DNA of 64,000 bases from Mobula hypostoma (Eukaryota): the NCBI RefSeq assembly GCF_963921235.1, contig NC_086101.1:3040001-3104000 (forward strand). Direction: 5' to 3'. This document shows, piece by piece, positions 50,681 to 62,685 of the stretch. Within the stretch, counting starts at the first letter, position 1; the number at the start of each line of letters is the position of its first letter. The notes beneath the pieces are model-generated. The model had not been told where the DNA came from. It was given only the letters and a program-made list of their open reading frames with translations, and made no database searches. The position numbers and the translations under genes were made by a program.

Positions 50681-50806
50681 TCAAAATAATCTGCAGATGC
50701 TGGGGTCAAAGCAACACTCACAACATGTTGGAGGAACTCAGCAGTCGGGCAGGATCCGTGGAAACGATGAGTTGATGTTTCGGGCCGGAACCCTTCGTCA
50801 GGTCCT
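50681..50806 (-). mobile_element. Penelope-like terminal repeat with hammerhead-like core
   Basis: Minus strand reads CTGACGA-A-GGG ttccgg CCC-GAAAC-ATC. Confidence 0.65.
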
Positions 50807-52494
50807 CATCAACAGAGCCACCCCACCCCCTCTGCCCATCAGTCTGTCCTTTCGATAGGATATATACCCTTGAATATTCACTTCCCAGGCCCTGTCCACT
50901 TGAAGCCAGGCACAGATTCTACAGAAGCGAGGCAAAGCGACACCAGCTTCATAGACCCCATACAGATAAGCAGGTGCTTACTGTCCTGTGGCAAGTCAGG
51001 GTGGATAAATCCCCAGAGCCTGAGAAGAAGCTCCCTCAGACCCCACGGGAGGCAAATGCAGAAACTGCTGGAGCCACAGCAGAGATATTTAAATCATCCT
51101 CAGCAATGAGAGAGGTACGAGAGGATTGGAGGATCGCCAATATTGTTTGGCTGCTTGATTTATCTGGTTTTATGTTACTTTATTATGTAGTTACTAATAA
51201 AATAGTGTTAGTTAACAGCAAAACCAGACTCCAGGTGTGTCCCAACGAGAGAGGTACTCTGTCGGCTGCTGTTGTGGAGGGGTAGGATTGGCAGTTCTGT
51301 CAGCCAGTGTTGTTCGGCTGCTCAAAAAAGGCTCTAAACATAAACCAGGAAATTACAGGCTAGTGAGTCTGACATCATTGGTGGGAAAGTTATTGGAAGA
51401 TATTCTAAGGCATCGGATATTGGCATTTGGATAGACGGGGGCTGATTACGGATCGTCAGCATGGCTGGTGTGTGGTCAGGTCAAGGACGACCATCAGAGC
51501 TTGAGCAGGATCTGGGTCAGCTGAAAAGTGTCAGATGGAATTTAATGGCGGCAGGTGCAAGCTGTTTTCATTTCGGTAGGACAAACCACAGTAGGTCTTA
51601 CACAGCGAACAGTAGAGCACTGAGGAGTGTGGTAGAACAGAGGAGTCTGGCAAAAGAGGTCCATAATTCACTGAAAGTAGCGTCACAGGTAGACTGGGTC
51701 GTGAAGAAAACTTTTGTCACATTGGCCTTCATAAATCAAAGTTTTATTGTTCAAGAGATGGGCTGTTAAGCCGTTGGTGAAGCCTAATTTGGATCATTGT
51801 CTGCAGTTTTGGTCAGTTACATGCAGGAAAGATGTAATAAAGTTTGAAAGAGTGCAGAGAAAATTGACAAGGATGATGCCGGGTCTGAGTTCTCAGGAAA
51901 GATTAAGACTTTATTCTTTAGAGCGTAGAAGATTGAGAGGAGATTTGATGAGGTATACAGATTATGAGGGGTATATTTAGGGTAAATGCAAGCAGGCTTT
52001 TCTACTGAGGGAGGGTGGGACTACAACGAGAGGTCATGGGTTAAGCGTGATGGGTGAGAAGTCTAAAGGGAATATGAGGGGAAACTTCTTCATTCAGAGG
52101 GTCGTGAGAGTGTGGAATGAGCTGTCAACACAAGTGATCCATGTGAGCTCAAGGCAGTCCTGCGATGAGTTGGACGCTGACAGGCGACTGTTGCGACGCT
52201 GCTGGTGAGAGTCTCTGCCTGGATCGGTCTCTGCCGTTGTGTGGAGAGGGGTGGGGGCGGCTGCGGGGCTGCTACACGGGCAGCAGATTGCTCTCTGTAT
52301 TGTACTGCCCCGGCTCGCGTATCCGGACAAGTCGAACGCGACATCCATGGTCGACACTGACCGACGGAGACCTCACTGCGCTCTGCCTGACCTGCTGAGT
52401 TCCTCCAGCAGTCTGTGTTTACTGCCCAGGTTTCCAGCCTCTGAGAATTTCTAAGTAGCAGGAGGAAGTAGTGCTGGTTCTTTTTCAGTACAGT

Positions 52495-52697
52495 AGGGTA
52501 GGGGCGGGACGTTTACAGCGATTGCCTTGCGGGGACGTAATTGGATAATGCGGGTTAAACCAGCCGTATTTCTCTGATCATTGGCTGAATTTGAACAAAT
52601 CACATAACAACGCGGGGATATTCAATTTCAAATCATCCCGGGACACGGGTTGCTGTGAAACAGGATCAGACCGTGAGTGGAGCGTGTCCGCGGACCG
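52495..52697 (+). promoter_or_regulatory. Putative promoter and exon 1 of copy C
   Basis: GC box, one module with two ATTGG, donors at 52673 and 52698. Exon 2 acceptor precedes 53260. Confidence 0.55.
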
Positions 52698-53353
52698 GTG
52701 AGTGACCATTAACCCGGACACGCTGCGCTCCCTCTCCCGCGGATTGACCGCGTCCCTCACGGACCCGCAGCCCCGCTGGGAACTCGCTAGCCGCGGTAGT
52801 GTAGTGGTTCGCGTAGCGCCGAGAGCCCCCCACCGCGGTTTGTAAGGAGTTAATCGGTTCTGCCCAGGACCGTCCGGGTTTCCTCCGGGTAAAGAGGTCC
52901 TGGTTAGAAGGTTAATTGCTCACAAGGGTGGAACTGGGTGTCGAGGGCTTCTGGGGCGGATCTCTAAATAATTAGGGTTGGCTGTCAGTCTCTTAGCCAG
53001 GGTGAAATGTCAAATAGGAGAGGGCGCGGGGTAAAGATGACGGAGAGTGGGGAGGGGGCGTTTTGGGGAAGTTGTTTTACACAGTGATAGGTGCCTGGAA
53101 CGGGCTCCGGGGTGGGGTGGAAGCACATATGATTGTGGTGTTTCAGGGGCGTTTACACAGACACTCACACATTACGGGAATGGAGTGATTTGAATTCTCT
53201 ACATTTGGGTGGGATTAGTTAAAACCGGCGTGGTGACTGTGTCCTGTCCTACGTTCCAGGTTCTTCCAGCCCTGGAACTGGGAATCCTGTACAGCCGGAA
53301 TTCTGCCTACAGAAGGAACGAGAGCGAGCTGAGAGACTGGGATACCCGTGAGG

Positions 53354-56300
53354 ATGCCGCACTCCGATGGGAAGGCAGAGATGCTCCTGTGGATACTGAC
53401 AGGTACTGGGAGATCCCACTCCGGAGAAGGGGCCGTGGGTTCATTCTGAAACACTGTGGGCTTGATGTCTAACGGCTATTCGTATTGGGTTTATTAGCTC
53501 TGTTCTATGGTGTGAAATTCTATGTTTTATTGCAGCAGTACAGTGTAAAGACATAAAAATCTATCAATTATAAAAACAAATAAAGAGAAAAATAGTGAGG
53601 AGTTGTTCATGGAGAGTTCAGAAACCTGTCTGAGGACAAGAAGGTGTTGCTGAATCATTGAGTGAGTGTCTGCAGGCTCCTGTCCCTCCTCCCTGTTGGC
53701 AGCAATGAGAAGAGGGTATGTTCTGGGTGTTGAGGGTCCTTCATGTTGGATGCTGCCTTCCTGAGGCTTCGCCTTTGATCATCTGCTGGTGGTTGGGTTG
53801 TGTTTGTGATGGAGATGGCTGAGTTTACAACCCTGTGTAGCTTCATCTGATCCTGGGCAGTTCCAGGTGGTAATGCAACCGATCACAATGCTTTCTCTGG
53901 TACATCTGGAGAACTTTTACTCTACTGGGACATAGTCTATTGACAGCAACTCTCCAAATTCCTCTGACCTGGGCCAGTCTTTCAAGTTGTCTGCAGATGC
54001 AGCCGATCTTCCAAGATCCTTCCTCCCTAAGGGATGAGGTCTTTGGAGCTTCTGTTGCTGGTCACACCACACCCGCCCCCTGTTCCCAACCCTCAACCTT
54101 TCATAGCTGAGCTGAAACAGACTATGGTGGAGATTTGTATGTCTTTGATGATGTAACAAATCCTCTCAAACTTGCAATGAAGTAGAGATGTTGATGTGTC
54201 TTCTTCATTATTGCATCAATATCTTGGCTCCAGGATAGAAATTCTGAGATGTTGACACCCAGAAACTTGAAACTGCTCACTCTTTCCAATGCCTCCACCT
54301 CCCTGTCAGGCTGTGTGCTCCAATTCCAACCACCCTCTGCTTGAGCCCACTTGAACTTGCCCCAGTGTGTGCCCTTTGGTTAAAGACCACTCAGTTGAGT
54401 GGTGTTGCAACAGGAATGTCAGTAAGACCAAGGAGCTGATTGTGGACTTCAGGAAGAGGATCAAACACCAGTCCTCACCAAGGAGTTAACTGTGGAAAGG
54501 GTGAGCACTTTCGAGGTTCTGGGTGCAACATCTCTGAAGCTCTCTCCTGGGCCCAACATACTGATGCAATAATGAATTGTCGTATCAGTTACAAATATTG
54601 ACCATCTGGTAAAATGTCTGTCTTTGAATTCCGGCCTTGGCAGAACAATTGCCATTCACAATACACGTGTTAAAAGTGAATCGAAACTGCAAGCTGGCAA
54701 CAGATGATACTTTGAAGTTGGTAAAGCGATTGTCCCTTAGTTGTTCAATGTGTTTCACATCTTTCTGTTATTCCTATCTCATCTGTCTCCAGCAACCCCT
54801 ATGTATAAAGGGAACCAAAGTTCTTCAAAGACCTTTCATAAGAAAAAGTTCTGTCTCCAGACTCACCATCTCCAGGTAGATTACACATTGTCATGATCAA
54901 CCTTCCCTGTCCCATCTGCCGGAAGCAAGGGTGGCTCCACATTCTGACTTCAGAGGTCTGGGTTGACCACAACTGCCCCAGGCCAATCTTGACTGGACAT
55001 TGTCTTTATCCCATCTTACCTTAATGTCCACAGTAGTGGCTATACTTTAATAGGAGTTTTTCAGAAGATTTGGTGACACCAAAGTCTATCCAATTCCTAC
55101 AGAAATTCTCTGCTCCCTGTAACGGGTGTGAGGATGATAACTTCTCCATGTTTTATTCCAGTCCTTCCCACTGTGGTCCAGTGCAGAGCGGCCGTGGCCT
55201 CCTCGGACTCAATCACCACCGTCCCTGTTGGTGGATCCATCCACTTCCCCATCCTCCATGCCAGTGAGGACAAGTACGAGGTGACTCTGGGGAAAACATC
55301 CCCGAACCAGCTGAAGATCTTGGCCTGGATGTCAAACCGACCGGAGACTCCGTACGTGATCCGGCCGTCCTACAGGAACCGGATTCACTTCCGGAGAGAT
55401 GGTGTTATCGAGATGCAAGGCATCAAGACGAGTGACCAGGGGACATACGAGGTGCAGACGAACTACTTTGGGAGGGAGCTGAGAAACCGTGATCGTGACC
55501 AGTTTGAGATCCATGTTGTTGGTGAGTAGTTGTGTTAGAAAGCACAAGAGCACAGAAACAGGCCATTCAGCCCATTCAGTCTGTACTGGATTATGAAAGT
55601 ATCCTAGATCGCCACAGCATAGAAGCAGATATTCGGTCTATGTAGTCTGTCGAACTGTATTCTCCCAAGTTCCATTGACCCATATCTAGACCATAGCCCT
55701 CCTTACCCCTCCCATCGATGTACCATCCAAAATTTCTCTTAAATATGAAAATCCAACCCATATCCATGGCTAAAGCCCCAAACTATTCAACCTCTCCCTA
55801 TACCTCAGGTGCTCGTGTCCCAGCAATGGCCATGTTTTAGGGTCAGTACCCACATTTCCCAACTGTTTGACCCCACCATGAGACTTTCTGATTTCCAGAA
55901 CCCAGACACCACCCAGGTGACCCTGTCACTGTCTAGACCTTCCCTCCTCTCACTGTGACCAGCAGCAGGCTGTATCTCTCTGTTCTCAGATCTCAGCCCA
56001 ATAACCGCTCCCTGACTCTGGATCCGTGAAATCTTGTGTGAAGTTCCTGATTCTTTTCCCTGGGGGAGAAGGACTGACCTCATTCTAAGCCCCTCCTGAT
56101 TTGATACACCTCTATAAGGTTACTCCTCCAAGAGGAGCACAGCTTTGTTGTTGTCTGGAGCTTGTGTGCCTCTGTGACCCGGAAAGCTGGAGTCTGGGTT
56201 TCCATGCCAAACAAGTCAAAGGGTAGAGGTCAGACTAAAGCTGCACCACCGGTCCTCCAGGTTCAGGGGTCCAGCTCAGGGCTACCAACCCCACTCGCCA

Positions 56301-58732
56301 AATAAAACTGTTATGGAAACAGCAATGCAGAATCCTTCCACATCTGAGTGACAGAGATGAAGGACCTTCGTTGCTGCCCTGAACACCAGCAGGTGAAACA
56401 GGAAGTAAATCAATATAAAGTCACTCCGTAATCCAGGGAATAACATCCGAGCCTGCCTATCCTCACCCGATGAGCCTGTTCCTTGTCCAGGCAGGTCTTG
56501 GCCTGGAATGTCGACTCCATGGATGCTGCCTGACCTACTGAGTTCTCCTCCAGCATTTTGTGTGTGTGTTCGTGTTGCTCACATCCTTGTCAATCTCCTC
56601 TGCATTTTTTCCACACCTTCCCTTTAACAGGGTAACCACACCACCAAGTGTGGCCTCACCGACATCTTGTACAACGGTGACGTGATGGCCCTCACTCCTG
56701 TAATCAATACCCTGACGCGTATGGGCCAGCACGCTGAAAGTCTCCTTCACCACCCTGTCTACCTGTGGAGCCACTTTCAGGGAATCTTATTCTTATCCTC
56801 CTGGGACGTGGACAATCGCCACAGCCCTGTAGTGTCCCTACCTCTTGGATCTGGAGATTCGAGGGTTCTCTGTGTGGAGTTTGCACGTGTGAGCTCCCAC
56901 CGCTCTGTCCCCACTTGCAATTGTTGGCCCAGTTTCCTCCGCTCAACCCCATGAAGAGGAGGGAGAGACAGAGTCCCTCTGTTGAACGAGATCAGAGTTT
57001 TCCTTCTCCTACGTGAGCTGCCATTCACAGCTGAAGAGCCCCATCGGCCCAAAGCAACCCACTTCAAGGTGACAGTAACTGGTCTTTGGCCCTTCTGTGA
57101 GCAGAAATGATCCTGCTGGGTTTAATAGCTGAGCTGTACGTGAGAGTCAGGAGCTGGACTTGGTTGTCAGAGGCTATTTGAGACACGCCATTGGGAGCAT
57201 TTAATAAATTGTGGAGTTTGTATCCTCACTACCCGCTCTCCCGGCTGTAACAATGTTAAAGAACCTCGACCAGCACCTGACTGAATCTTTCCCCAGTGTG
57301 TGGGTGTCGGGTAAAATCTATGGGGGTGGAGTGGATTTGGTTGTGGGGGGTTGTTGAGGGGAATGTTTTCAAGAATTTAATGTTAATTCATAATGAAATC
57401 TCTCCTGGCAGAGCCGGTGTCTGAGCCAGTAGTGGAGATCAGCAGGAATACCTCCCACATCACGCTGAAGTGCACGGCTCTCGGAAGCGGACAGATCACC
57501 TATCGGTGGGAAAGGCAGACAGACGCTGCCGTTGGGAACGACACCGTCCATGGAGCCCTGCTGGTCCTGCAGAACGATGGGCTGAGTGGCCACACCTACA
57601 ACTGCATTGCTGAAGATTGCTGCAGTCGGCAGATCAGCCTCCCAGTCTCTGCAGACTTCAACCCAGCCAGCAGTGAGTGGGACACAGTGGATGTGTTTCC
57701 AGTACTGGGGGAGTCTCAGGATATGGGGGTGTCCATTTAGGACAGAGATGAGGAATTTCATTAGCCAGAGGGTGGTGAATCTGTGAAATTCATTGCCTGA
57801 GACGGCTGTGGAGGCCAAGTCATTGGGTGTATTTAAATCGGAGGTTATCAGTTCTTGGTTATTCAGGGTGTCAAAGGTTACAGTGAGAAGGCAGGAGAAT
57901 GCGATTGAGAGGGACAATGAATCAGCCACAGTGGAATGGCAGAGCAGACCTGATGGGCTGAATGGCCTACTTTTGCTCCTGTGTTCTAGTCATATCATCT
58001 CCTAGAGTCGGGTGTGAAGTGGGGACTGCTTGGAATCGAGAACGTGCCCCAGGACCCGACTGGACAGGGGCTGGACTGAGAGAGGGGAGGAGGGAGTTCC
58101 AGTTTCCAGACACAAAGGTTCTGGTTGTGGGTTTCTGACCATGGAATGGATCAGTGAACTGAGGTTTAATGCTGTCTGTCTTTCTGTCCCCCAGAGTCCA
58201 GAAATTATTGGGCCAGTGTCCTCAGCTTTACAGTCGTTGTGATGTTGATCTTGGGTCTGTATCTGCTCAGGAAATCTCAGTGAGTATCCTCTTCACTATC
58301 ATCCCACTCTCCGTCTAGCTCCCTTTCATCCCATCCCACCGCTGGTGTAAGGTGAGCCCGATGTTGGGACAACACACACACAATGCTGGAGGATTCAGAG
58401 GGTCAGGGAGCACCTATGAGGGGAATAAACAGGCCCAATATATCTAATTATTATTATCTTTATCTTAGTTATAACTAATTATCTTTCTACTTCATTATTA
58501 CTAATAATTGATACACTCATCCCTCGATATATCTAAGTACTTCCTGCAACACACCAGTCCCGTGTCCACAGGTAAACCAGGTGTATTTCAGGGACTGAGA
58601 ATGGATGCCCCGTCCCTGGTGCTCGGGAGGGAATAACTACCCCACCTCGTCACTGGCTGGGAAGTGACGTGTGACATTTTCTCTCACAGGTCAAGCCCAC
58701 TCAGAAACCAAGGACCAGGAGAGTTCCAATGA
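53354..58732 (+). CDS. IgSF V+C2+TM protein, copy C, short-tailed (265 aa if spliced)
   Basis: Exons 53354-53402, 55162-55521, 57412-57672, 58195-58279, 58690-58732. Frames are open and splice sites GT-AG. Tail QSSPLRNQGPGEFQ*. Confidence 0.8.
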
Positions 58733-60239
58733 GGATGAGCGTTCAGACTTGGAATCTCGTGTCTCCTCTGACCCAGTGTGAACTGGAACTGGGACAGTGC
58801 TGAACATGTCCCTCCCTCCAGCTGCTGTCTCTACCATGACCCCCACCCACCCAACCCCTGATCACAGGACGTCTGCACCTTACACTGTGTGGGAGGTGTC
58901 ACTGAGATGCTGGGCTCCCCAGTGTGGGGCAGTTCCTGACTGTAGCAACTACTGGGAAACTGATTGAAATGGTGCCATGTATATAAATCTGTGTATTTAA
59001 TATTTGAGTAAATATGTTGATTGATTATTTATTTTTGATTTGTACATGTTTAATGATTCTACATGTTAATCTACTCTTTGTATGAATGTATAAATTTTCT
59101 GTACATTGTTGATTAAAAACATTTTTTGTTGAAATAAATCATTCCTGCCTCTCTGTAAAAATATGTGAATATCTATTAAAAGACATCCTATTGCTACCGA
59201 ATGACATGTGTGTACCTCACTTAAAGAGATCACAAAGTTAGACTCACGTTTTGGACCCCACTGTCGTCCTTTGAAATAATTTAATGTTTTGCAGTTTCAA
59301 TGCATAACCTTGGCAATGAGGTGTTTTTCGAATGAACCCGCGATGGCTCTTGACCTGAAGCCCAGTGAGACATTCGTACTAAACTGCAGTGACAAAGGGA
59401 AGGCAAGTAAAAAATGCAGTCCGGGATGTGTCGAGAAATTCACGGGTTCATGAAGAGTGGGCCCAGTGGTAATAATCCTAAAAAAACAAGCAGAAATGGC
59501 CAGCTAGCCTTCAATAGATCTCAGTATTAATAAATTTATCCATCAGTATCTATCGTTAATGGTTAGCTGGTAGCCGTGACACATAGTCGTCTTCTTTTTT
59601 GTTTTATGGCGGTTGGCAACCAGTTTTTCAGTGCATTACAACCACCTGCTAGACTTGTGGTGTTCCAACCAAATGTGTCCTGGAGTCCTCCACTTTTAGA
59701 CAATCTAGTTCAGCCTGCAGTTCTCTATTAGCATCACTCTGTCGTTGCAATTCCTCGTGAATGCTTAATACACTCATTAGGAAATGCCACAAACTGCCAT
59801 TCTTCCCTAATTTTGTCATGTTTTCGTGTAGTTGCATTACCTCAATTACATTGATTTCATCTACATCACTTGTAAGACTAAAATCATCTTGTTAAAGAAT
59901 ACTGTAGTAATGATCGCATGTTATACTTTTAAAATTGCTGTTTTTCCAAGTCTATCTGCTTTTTCAGGTTTTCCTTTTCTTGGATCGTAGCTTGCAGTTG
60001 TTTACTGAGACCTTGGAGTTCTTCTTCATTTGCTTCCATGTTTTCATTTTATAATCTGAATGCAGAGAATTCACTTTGCAACAAATTCCTTTTCCTTTTG
60101 TATCCTTGTAATATTTTCCTCCATTTTCCAATCTCTTTCCAACCCACTATTCTTGACAGGTGTTGGAGTTCGACACATTTACCCTGGGTTTCAACCATAT
60201 AATCTGAGGATTTTCCTTGTGTTCTGAAACATTTCTTAA

Positions 60240-61290
60240 ATTCTTGACCATTTGTGATAAATATACTGCCATTAAGATTCCATCTCCCCTACCTGTGAAC
60301 TGTTGGATCCTGCATTCAGCGTTTCTTTGACTTCTTCCCACCCGATCCCTTTAATACCGAGATACTTTTCTGCAGACTTGACGATAACTTTAATTTCCTC
60401 AGTTCTTTTGCTAGTCTGCGCTGAGCAATTAATTGCATCCATCACAAAATGCACGAAATTCTTTCTACTCATTAATGTGTATCCTTATTTTTCATATTAC
60501 ATCTCTCATAATTCACCAGTTTATTATCCCCTGTATTTGTTTGCTTGACAGCCTTTTTTTCATCAAATTCTTTCACTGCCTCTGCATAACCGATTCCTCG
60601 AGTTACTTTTACATATTGTATCTCAGCTGCCTTCTTGCTATAAATGCACCCTCGATAAGCTGCGCTGTTCCTCCCACAATTACAGCATTTAAACCCAGCG
60701 CCCGCTTCACGTTTCCCATATTCATGTTCTCCAGCGCATCTCCCACATCTTTGTTTTCTCCGCAGACCGCCGCAATGTGCCCAAATTTCTGACATTTATA
60801 GCATCTTAAAGGCGGTAGTATATATATTATAACCACATAACACATATACCCTAAGTAAACGTTAGTCGGCAATCTCTCTTCTTCAAAGTTAATCATTACC
60901 GATAAACTATCACACTTTTTCCCGTTTCTTGTAACTTGCAAACGTTTGGCCTCAATAATTTTTGCTCCCTTCATGTTCTGTTTAATCTCATCCATAGTAA
61001 CTTTTGTTGGTATCCCTGAAATAAACCCTCTAGTCCACTTTCTATTGTTGGGTATTGAGCATTGTTCTACTTTTCCGTCTATTTTACATAATCTTATCAC
61101 TTTACCTTGCTGAGAACTATCCCGACAAATCACTAATGGCGATCCATTTCGTAAAATCTTTACTCCTTTAATCTCGTCTAGAATTTTGTTAAGCATCTTC
61201 GTCAAACGAATCGGGTTCCAATCACCAAAAGACGCCCCGTCTTCGCTTAGTTTTATAATCGCTTTAATCTCATGTCCTTTCCATTGTTTT
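60240..61290 (-). mobile_element. Decayed ORF1 (gag-like, CCHC) of a second I/Nimb-like LINE
   Basis: PPLRCYKCQKFGHIAAVC, CGRCAGEHEYGK, CCNCG; homologous to 22487-24126. Confidence 0.8.
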
Positions 61291-61320
61291 GCTGTACTGT
61301 TTTGATCATCCGCTGACCGA

Positions 61321-62684
61321 TACCTCCCCCTCCCTCTCCCTCACCCCCTCCCCCTCTCTCCTCCCCTCTACCCCTCCCCATCCCCTCCCTCCTTCCCTCC
61401 CCCCACCTACCACCCTCCCTCCCCTCCTCCCATCCCCTGCCCCTGCTCTCCCTCCTTCCTTCCCATCCCTTCCCCCTCCCTCTCTCCCCACCTCCTCTCT
61501 CTTCCACTCCCCTACCCCTTCCCCTCCCCTACCCCCTCCGTCCTCCTCCCTCCCCTTCCCTCTCCCCCACTCCCCTCTCCATCACCCTCCCCTCCCTCTC
61601 CCCTCCTCCCCCTCCCTCCTACCGCTCTCTCCTCCCTCCTCCCTGCTCCCTCCTCCCCATCCTCCCCCTCCCGCTTCCCACCTCCCCGCCACTCCCCTCT
61701 CCCCCTCCTCCCCCTCCCCCCTCCCACTCCCTCTCCCCCTCTTCCCCTCCCTCCTCCTCCTCCCAACCCCCTCCACTCTCCCCCTCCCCTCTTCACTCTC
61801 CCCCACCCTCCCACCTCCCCCTCCCCTTCCCCTCCCCCTTCCTCCCCCTCCTCCCCCTCCCACTCCCTCTCCTCCCTCCTCTCCCTCCCGCTTCCCACCT
61901 CCTCTCCCTCCCATTCCCTCCCCCTCCTCGCCCTCCCACTCCCCCTCCCCCTCCTCGCCCTCCCACTCCCACCTCCCCTTCCCACTCCCTCTCCCCTATC
62001 CCACTCCCTCTCCCCTCTCCCACTTCCCCTCCCCCTCCTCCTCCCCTCCCCCCTCCTCCTCCCCTCCCCCTACCTCCTCCACCTCGTCGCCCCTCCCACA
62101 CGCCCTCCTCCTCTCCCCTCCCACCCTCCTCCTTCCTCCCCCTCCCCTTCCACCCTCCTCCTCCCCCTCCCCTTCCGCCCTCCTCCTCCCCCTCCTCCTC
62201 CCTCCCACTCCCTCTCTTCCCTCCTCCCCTCTCCCACTTCCCCTCCCCCTCCTCCTCCCCCTCTCCTTCCCCTCTCCTTCCCACTCCCCCTCTCCCTCCC
62301 ACGTCCTCCTCCTCCCCCTGCCACCCTCCTCCTCCCTCCCTCCTCCTCCTCCCCTCTTCCTCCCCTCCCCCCTCCCCTCCCCCTCCTCCTCCCACTCCCC
62401 CCTCCCCCTCTCCTCCCACTCCCCCCTCCCCTCTACCCCTCCTCCTCTTCCCCCTCCCCTCTACCCCCTTCCACACCCCCTCCTCCTCCCCCTGCCACCC
62501 TCCTCCTCCCTCCCTCCTCCTCCTCCCCTCTTCCTCCCCTCCCCCTCCCCCTACTCCTCCCCCTCACCTTCCTCCCTCCTCCCCTCCTCCCCTCCTCCCC
62601 CCTCCCCTCCTCCCCTCCCCTCCCCCCTCCCCTCCGCCCCTCCCCCTCCCCCTCCCCCTCCCCCCTCTCCCCTCCCCTCCCTCC
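61321..62684. repeat. C/T-rich low-complexity polypyrimidine tract
   Basis: About 1.36 kb of CCT/CCCT/CCCCT units with few purines. Confidence 0.95.
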
Positions 62685-62685
62685 C

